DNA from: Vermamoeba vermiformis
Taxonomy: Eukaryota
Direction: 5' to 3'
NCBI GenBank assembly: GCA_045837725.1
Contig: JBEWZL010000137.1
Coordinates: 1-64,000 of the forward strand
DNA length: 64,000 nucleotides
The notes under the pieces are model-generated. The model was not told the DNA's origin and ran no database searches. It was given only the letters and a program-made list of their open reading frames with translations. Both the position numbers and the translations under genes were made by a program. How positions within the stretch are numbered: position 1 is the first letter of the stretch; each line of letters begins with the position of its first letter. This document shows positions 57,092 to 64,000 of this stretch, in pieces.

Positions 57092-59969
57092 ATGGAGCTC
57101 GATGAAGAGGCTGATAATGTGCTCGAAGTGGTGCCTGTTGTTACTGGCGACGAGGAGGACGATGAGAGCGCGAATAAACGATTGAAGGTAATGCTCGAAT
57201 GGAGAATATTTTGTTCTGCCGTGTGGATCTTGCAGCCACATCGTTGTATAATTAAAATATAATACTATAGGCTACTCATCACCGGTATGAACAATATGAA
57301 CACGTTAAACAACAATATGAAACGATTAAGCAAGAGGTTGACACCGATCTGCGCAATTTCACTGAAGTACGGCTCACTGCGCACTATTACCTGCAAATAT
57401 GGTGCATAAATCGCACTGCTATCAATACTAATGTTATATTTGCACCTTAGAAAGTCTTCGCGCGGAACAAAGAGGTCCTGAAACAGATTGAACAGTTGGT
57501 GGCGCAGCAAGAGTCACAACTGCGCGAGAAATACTATTGTAAGTCATAATATATACATACATATATATATACTGCCGCATATAGGAGTGCATTGGACTGA
57601 TGACGAGCAGTTGTACCGCACTGTTATGCCGCGCAGATCCAAGCACGACCCCGCAGCACACAGCTCACTATGACGCAGGTGCCCCTCACCCCTATACACA
57701 TGCCCCTCACCCCTATACACATGCCCCTCACTTCTATATACATGCCACCACATGCCAGCACACCACACACCACAGCACACGTGACTGTACGACACAATGT
57801 AGCGGTGCACGGCTTTGAAGAGTACTCGCGCCCGCGCTATTATGCACCGTACTTTGAGGTATAGACGTATATAGATATAATATATAAATAGATAGAGTAC
57901 TGCGGTCAATACTGACGACAGCCAGGACGGGGACGCAGAGGCCGATGAAGAGACAATACGCAAATATTATTATGCACCCCCGCGCTACTTCAACGACGTG
58001 GCCACTGAACTGCAATTGTTCCGCTTGCTGATGCTGCTAGAGGATAAGCGTGAGTCCTAATTAGGAAATAGTGCAGTATTCGACCAGCTCGTTCATGAAC
58101 TGACAGTGCCACCAGACACCTCGGAAGAATTGATTTCACCTGACAGCCTTGAACTCGCGTCACGTGTCAGTCGCGTGCCAGCAGCTGTCATCAAGTACTA
58201 GTGCGTGACACGATGATATTTCCTAATTTAGACATGTCACTGAGCGATTGTTCCGCAGTTTCACTGAACACCGGGGCTATCTGCAGTGGAAGACACAGCG
58301 CGCCACGACACACAGCACGGTGATGAGTCACGACGAGTTCTGGGAGTGGTACTGTCGCCAGTGCGCGGTAGGACTGTCGCTAGCACGTGATCGGCACTGA
58401 CACTTTCCAAATATAGCAATTCTTGTGCGCGCGACACGACCACAACAACAAGTGGCGGCCAGTGCAATGTGCGCGGCGTGCGAGTGCGTTGAACGAGGTC
58501 GAACTGCACAGCCCCGCACCCTGCTCTGACACCTGTCACTCCACGGTACGTACGGGCAGCTGTTTGACACGTGTCACTGACAGCACTACAGACTCCAGTA
58601 GGCGAATTCACACGCGTCATTTCAGCCCTGCAGATGGAACTGCTGCGCAACGGACTGATTATCTTTGCTAAAAATTATTGCCAAATTAGGAAATGTCACG
58701 CGCCTAAACTGACATGCGCAGAGGTAATTACATGTACTATGATCACCCCATCATCTCATGACACGTGTCATTTGCAGGTACGCGACTACTGCGTGACACG
58801 CTTGAGTGACGTCAAATCATTGCCTAAATTGGCAGCACCACAGACCAGAGACTGGAAGATCCTCTCGCGCAAGAGGACGGGCGACAGAGGTACGTGACAC
58901 TGTGCGCGCAGTCCACCGATTGACAGGTGTCATTCAGAGCTCGCTGCGTATCAGCCGTGCAGTCACGAGGGCAAGTGTCACAAGTCCGCCAAGTGTTACT
59001 GTTACGCGCACAATTTGCACTGCGAGAAGTACTGCGCGTGCGGCGAGTTGTGTGGCAATCGCTTCAAGGGCTGCAAATGTACGGCACGGAGGTTTCAGGA
59101 CTGCACTGACTTTCCTAATTAGGCAAGCACACCAGCAGCGCGACAGACATCACGTGCGCGGGACTGAACTGCGAGTGTGTGCTGCACGGCCGCGAGTGCG
59201 ATGTTGACACGTGTCAATGTGACCCACAGACCTGCGGACGGCGAGATTTGCAGACAAAGCAACCAAAGGTATACAGCGGTATAAGTCACCCCTCGTTCGA
59301 GTATACTTATTCCAAATTTAGCACCTGTGGATTGGTGCCAGTGCCGTGGCTGGGTTTGGTCTGTTTTCAGTGAACAGAATTCAGTCGGGTGAATTCATTG
59401 GCGAGTATGTCGGTGAGGTACGTTGAGCTCTATTTTTAGAACTACGCGCTGACTTGCCAAATAAGGTAATTCCCACCAACGAAGCAGAGCGACGCGGGTT
59501 GATCGCCGACAAAATCAAGCGCAGCTATCTGTTCGACACTGGCTCCGATCTGTGCGTGGACAGGTACGACGCTGTTGATTGGTTCATGAATTGACTGATT
59601 TGTAACACTCTGTGAACAGCACCAAATTTGGTAATCGACTCAAATTCGCCAATCACTCGTCCACACCCAATGTGCAGCCCAAACAACTGCGCGTGAATGG
59701 GGAGCTGCGTCTGGCCTTCTATGCCATCGAGGACATTGGTGAGTGACACATTTGACAGGTGGTTCATGAACGCACACTGACACGTGTCATTTGCAGAGCC
59801 GAATGAAGAGCTGTTCATCAACTACGACTACGCAGACCCGAGCTCGAAGGGCATCACCAACGAGCGGCCAATCGACGTGCTCGCGAACAAAGGTCACGTG
59901 ACTCTGTTGGAGATGCAATCTCCCGGAGATATTGGCGAGCTGATGGACTCCGAGGACTCCACTGACTAG
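57092..59969 (+). CDS. Enhancer-of-zeste-like CXC-SET histone H3K27 methyltransferase
   Basis: YQPCSH...CEKYCAC...NRFKGCKC...RECD CXC domain; GFGLF, FIGEYVGE, EAERRG, SYLF, GNRLKFANHS and ELFINY SET motifs. Confidence 0.88.
57681..57743. repeat. Intronic 21-bp minisatellite, 3 copies
   Basis: GCCCCTCACCCCTATACACAT units. Confidence 0.85.
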
Positions 59970-60160
59970 CGATGCAGAGTGATTGTCATGTAACAGAGGT
60001 GTAATCTAGCAGTAGTGTATGATAGTATACTAGTATAGGAGAAATTGTAGTGGTGCCACTAGTATTGACATCGCTGTTGAGCGATAATAAAACTTTTTTT
60101 GCATTCGTGTCAGATCCAAGAGCACAACGCGGAAGTACGTACTTTATATCATCATATGCA

Positions 60161-60905
60161 ATGGACGCGCCGTTAAGCGAAGAAGAACGACAGCAGAAAA
60201 TACAGGAATTTGAAACATTTATCAACGAGAAACTAAATGTGGATCTGGATCTGGTACTACAACAGCGAGATGGATTTTACGAAGACTTGTCAAAATAGTA
60301 AGCAGATGATTATATATGATATATTAGAGGCCGCTCAATATTTTAGAATTTTTTGTAATTTTTCTAATTATGCACGCATGGCTTCTGTTGCTTTGATGCT
60401 AATAATTTATCGTATTAGTTTAGAATTGAAAAATACAATTTTAATGATAAAAGATCATCAATTGAAAGAAATGAAAACGATGATCAACCTCGGATCCGAA
60501 TTTTATGCTCAAGCGCGAATGTAAGTGCTTCACGCCACCACTTGGACCGTACACTAACCGAAATACATATATATAAGCCCCGACACCTCGAAGATTGTAG
60601 TCAACGTGGGATTGGGCTTTCACATCGAGTACACATTGGACGAGGCACTCAAGTTCATTGACGCCAAAGAAAAACATCTCAATGCGTGCGTACCCCCCTC
60701 AGTCATATTGACGCGAGTATACTCACATTTCATAGGCACGTCGCTCGGCTGTCAAACAAAGCGAATGACATCCGTTCCAAGATCCAACTGGTAAGTGATA
60801 CCTTATTATTTAAGAAGCTGAAACTCACTTGTTGCTCAGATGTACTCATACTTGCGACAACTAATGGGCGTAGATACACTCACAGACGAAGAGCTCGTGT
60901 CGTGA
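60161..60905 (+). CDS. UXT: Prefoldin-alpha-like protein UXT
   Basis: FETFINEKL...DL, MINLGSEFYAQARIPDTSKIVVNVGLGFHIEYTLDEALKFI. Confidence 0.85.
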
Positions 60906-61195
60906 GCTCAGATCTGCTCCTCAACCCTTGTACCATAGTCACTGTTTCATAGTAAAATAATACCACTCGGTATTTTTACAAAAGCACGGACCTTTGTTTA
61001 TTAAGATATATTGATACAGCAGTATATACATTCAAAGGGCCAGTCACATTCACATCAGTGGGTTGCTGCTAACTAGAGCGGATCTAGCGCAGGGGGTAAG
61101 GGGTGGTTAAAGGGTTATTATGCCACAGTCATATACACTAATGACTGTAACACGGCAATAGAGTGGGCTAGTCGATATATATAAGGGGGGATGGT

Positions 61196-63201
61196 CTATA
61201 CAGAGGGGTAGTCAACGCTGAGCAGTTCAAACTCTTGCGACGAGCTCAAGCTGATCTCGCTGTGTTCTTGCGCACAACTCGCGCCATTCATCACTGGATT
61301 CTGACGCGTGGAGCTCGAGCGACGTGTGCGACTCTTTTTGTTGGGAGCCATCAACACGTGTTCGTCCATGCTGCGCGCGAGAGGATTGAAGTGGTGGTGC
61401 GAGGCAGTGGGACTGGTCGGTGGCAGATTGGTGGAGGCAGTGAGCAGACTGTGCGAGCGCTGCAAGTTCATCTCGTCCGCTGTTCTCTTGCGCGCAGAGT
61501 ACATGGGCGAGCACGGCGGGGAGGGAGGACTGTTGAGCGGTGAAGTAACAATGTACTCGGCGAGTGGATTGCACTTGATCTCACCGCACGTCGACAATCG
61601 ATCGTAGCCCTGACTGTGCTGCTCTGCGCGGTCTTCAATCTGCTCCAAGATCTCCGCAGTGCTCGCGGGGGAGAAACACACTGTGCTCTCGCGCAGCTCG
61701 TCGAATATTGTCTGGTGCACAAAGAGGTACTGTTCTTCGGTCTGCACCATGCCTCGATTGCGTTGACGGCGCAGGGAGAGCACAATGTCTAAGATATTCA
61801 CACCGAGCGGATTGTTGCAGTAACAGCGCGAGAGCTCTTTCAGTCGGTGATTGACGTTGTTGTTGTTACTCGCACTCTCCACATCCATCATCTCCACATC
61901 GTCGCATGACTCAGCGTGACTCGGATTGAAGTTCGTGTTCGTGTTCAGCACAATGTGTCGTGAGCCTCCGTTGTGCTCTGGTTTGTTTTCGTTAAAATAA
62001 TTGGTGCCACAGTACAGCTTCTCCAGGGCCACAGATATGGCTAAAAATGCGCCAGTTCTGCCAATGCCAGCCGAACAGTGCACTACTGTCGGGCCAGTGA
62101 CGCCCTTCTGCGAGGCTGTCTGTCTGTACATGTTGGTGAGGTGAATCAATTCGCGGATTGGTCTTGTCGTTTCAGGCACGCCAAAGTCAGGCCAGCCTTT
62201 GAAATGCAGTTGTACAATCTCGCGGGTCTTCTTTTCGTGCGTGTTTTCAATTTCCAAAACTCGAATCTTGATCTGGGCAAGTTGATTGGCCTATTAGCAA
62301 CAAATGCAAAAACAAAGTATAAACAATAGAGAAAACAGAAGTGTTAGAGTTGATAGCATTTGCTTCAGTTTGTTATGGAAAGGAAATAAATTTGAATTGC
62401 CGAAAATAAAACAGAATCCAATAATAGAAAATTATCTTTGACTGAATGGTCTTACCACGCGAAATGTAAACGACTTCTTTAACGTTACTCTAATCTTGCC
62501 GAATGATTTAGTCTCTTTCAGTTTGTTTGGCCAATACATGTGGCCTTTAATCCTTCCGTTCTCTTTCATTCGCATCAAAACAACAACAACTGGAACATTC
62601 TGCGATTGAATACGTTAATATATTGTCAGTTATATTATATTACGTTATTTGACGCGCAAATTAGCGTTTAAGTAACGGAGTTCGTGCTCCACCCTTCGAT
62701 TGGAAATCCGTAGAAAAACTCACTGGTTTCATAACGATTTTGAATTAAAATGCTTACCTGCTCCCAAACCATACGCCAAAAGTCTTCAAATGTTTGAGGA
62801 AGAGGTGCTTGACAACATATAAAGCACGGAGAAGATGAGAACTCTCCTCGAACAAAATTTGCATTTATATAATCAGACCTGTAATATAATTATTGTTAGA
62901 ACAATAACGTATTTAATTGAGTCCTCTGGAGCATAGTTGCTATTATTTCTCCGGGGTTTTTAGAGATACACGGAATTAAGGAAATTATGAATCTCGCTTA
63001 CCCTTCTCTTCCGGGTTCATAAGCTAATCTAACAATCGTCTCTTCCACTGGTAATACATCTCCGTATCTATTTTTTGTCTTATTACAAAATAAATTTGCG
63101 CTTTGGTGCATATATTTGAGCTCGATGGAGGAGCGGGGTTTTGTTGTTAATGCAGTGAGCTTTGCAAATTCTTGTTTAATAGCTGGAACATCGAGGCTCA
63201 T
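61196..63201 (-). CDS. Classical protein tyrosine phosphatase
   Basis: [30 protein letters not shown] and MVQTEEQY motifs. Confidence 0.95.
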
Positions 63202-63629
63202 TATTTTTAGAGGTTTTTAAAATAATATGTCAAGATCGCGCTAAGGAGCTCCGTTGTGTTACTTTCTATTCCTCGCTTGAATATTTTTGCGTCCAGAGAG
63301 GCTGGCCGAAAAAAAAATAAGGAACAAAAAAAAATTAATCCCACGAATCAGCGCGCGAGATTGGCTGAAATTTCATCCGGTTTTATTCGGTGCTTTCTGA
63401 AAACCTCCAGAAACTGGGCGAAGCAACGCTCGTTTTATCCGCGGCGCAATGACCAAACACACAAGTTGTGACGAAAAATTGGTGAAATTAATTGAAAAAT
63501 GAAGCGGATGTGGTCGAAAACAGTTTCCGTTCTCGCGAGAGCTTCGCTGTTATTAAGTTCGCGGTGCAAATCTTTGATTTTTATTTAATTAAATACCAAA
63601 CGACGTCACACTAGATTCGAAATAATATA

Positions 63630-64000
63630 ATGCTTTCGGTGCTTAACAAGAAGTTATTGACACTCCTTGTGTCTCCCTCCAAAGCTACAACAACGAAGCT
63701 CATTTCATCAAACTATGCTACTCGTGCACCGGACAATGATCAAAACATGGTTCTGGGTAATAAAGGGCTCATGACACCACGAACGCACTTTTAATTCTGG
63801 ATTTGTACAGATCCCAAAGAACATTTGAGCAAACAGGGCACAAAGCACGATCAAAGCAAGCCCGGTAAAAAGGCCAAAAAGGGTGCAGCGCGCTCTGAAT
63901 CAGGCCTCGAAGGTGAGTTGGATGTGCAGGATCGCCAAGAAGGCAACATGATCCACAGCTCAGGCACTGAGAACAGAACTCCTGGTGAGACCTACAATGT
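63630..64000 (+). CDS. Hypothetical protein, 3' partial, with a possible mitochondrial presequence
   Basis: MLSVLNKKLLTLLVSPSKATTTKL..., a phase-1 intron, then an open frame to the window end. Confidence 0.55.

Overview
Gene-dense, intron-rich eukaryotic DNA with short GT-AG introns and the standard genetic code. It looks like a protist, possibly amoebozoan, but the taxon cannot be fixed from sequence alone. From about 11.5 kb onward it carries host genes: a beta-helix carbohydrate-active protein, GH38 mannosidase, a 2OG oxygenase, F-box proteins, MCM2, RCC1-like, an NCS1 permease, TMEM135-like, a VP39-type cap methyltransferase, RTCB, a ubiquitin-embedded DUF4139-like protein, an FHA-HDAC head-to-head with E(z), UXT and a PTP. 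The first ~9 kb looks like a nested mobile-DNA cluster. Its most striking part is a spliced minus-strand gene that runs off the left edge in a ParB/Srx-like segment. Its two long introns and upstream region hold 23 copies of a 23-bp palindrome (TCCTYTTACGGWCCGTAARAGGA), arranged as 60-bp and 86-bp tandem arrays plus a dispersed cluster containing Pol III B-box motifs. Next to it are a truncated paralog bounded by a repeated 39-bp putative terminus, an intact TET/JBP-like dioxygenase, and the end of a CACTA transposon. Near-identical introns in unrelated genes (introner-like) occur at 52-59 kb. All gene models and family assignments are by eye; no database search was run.
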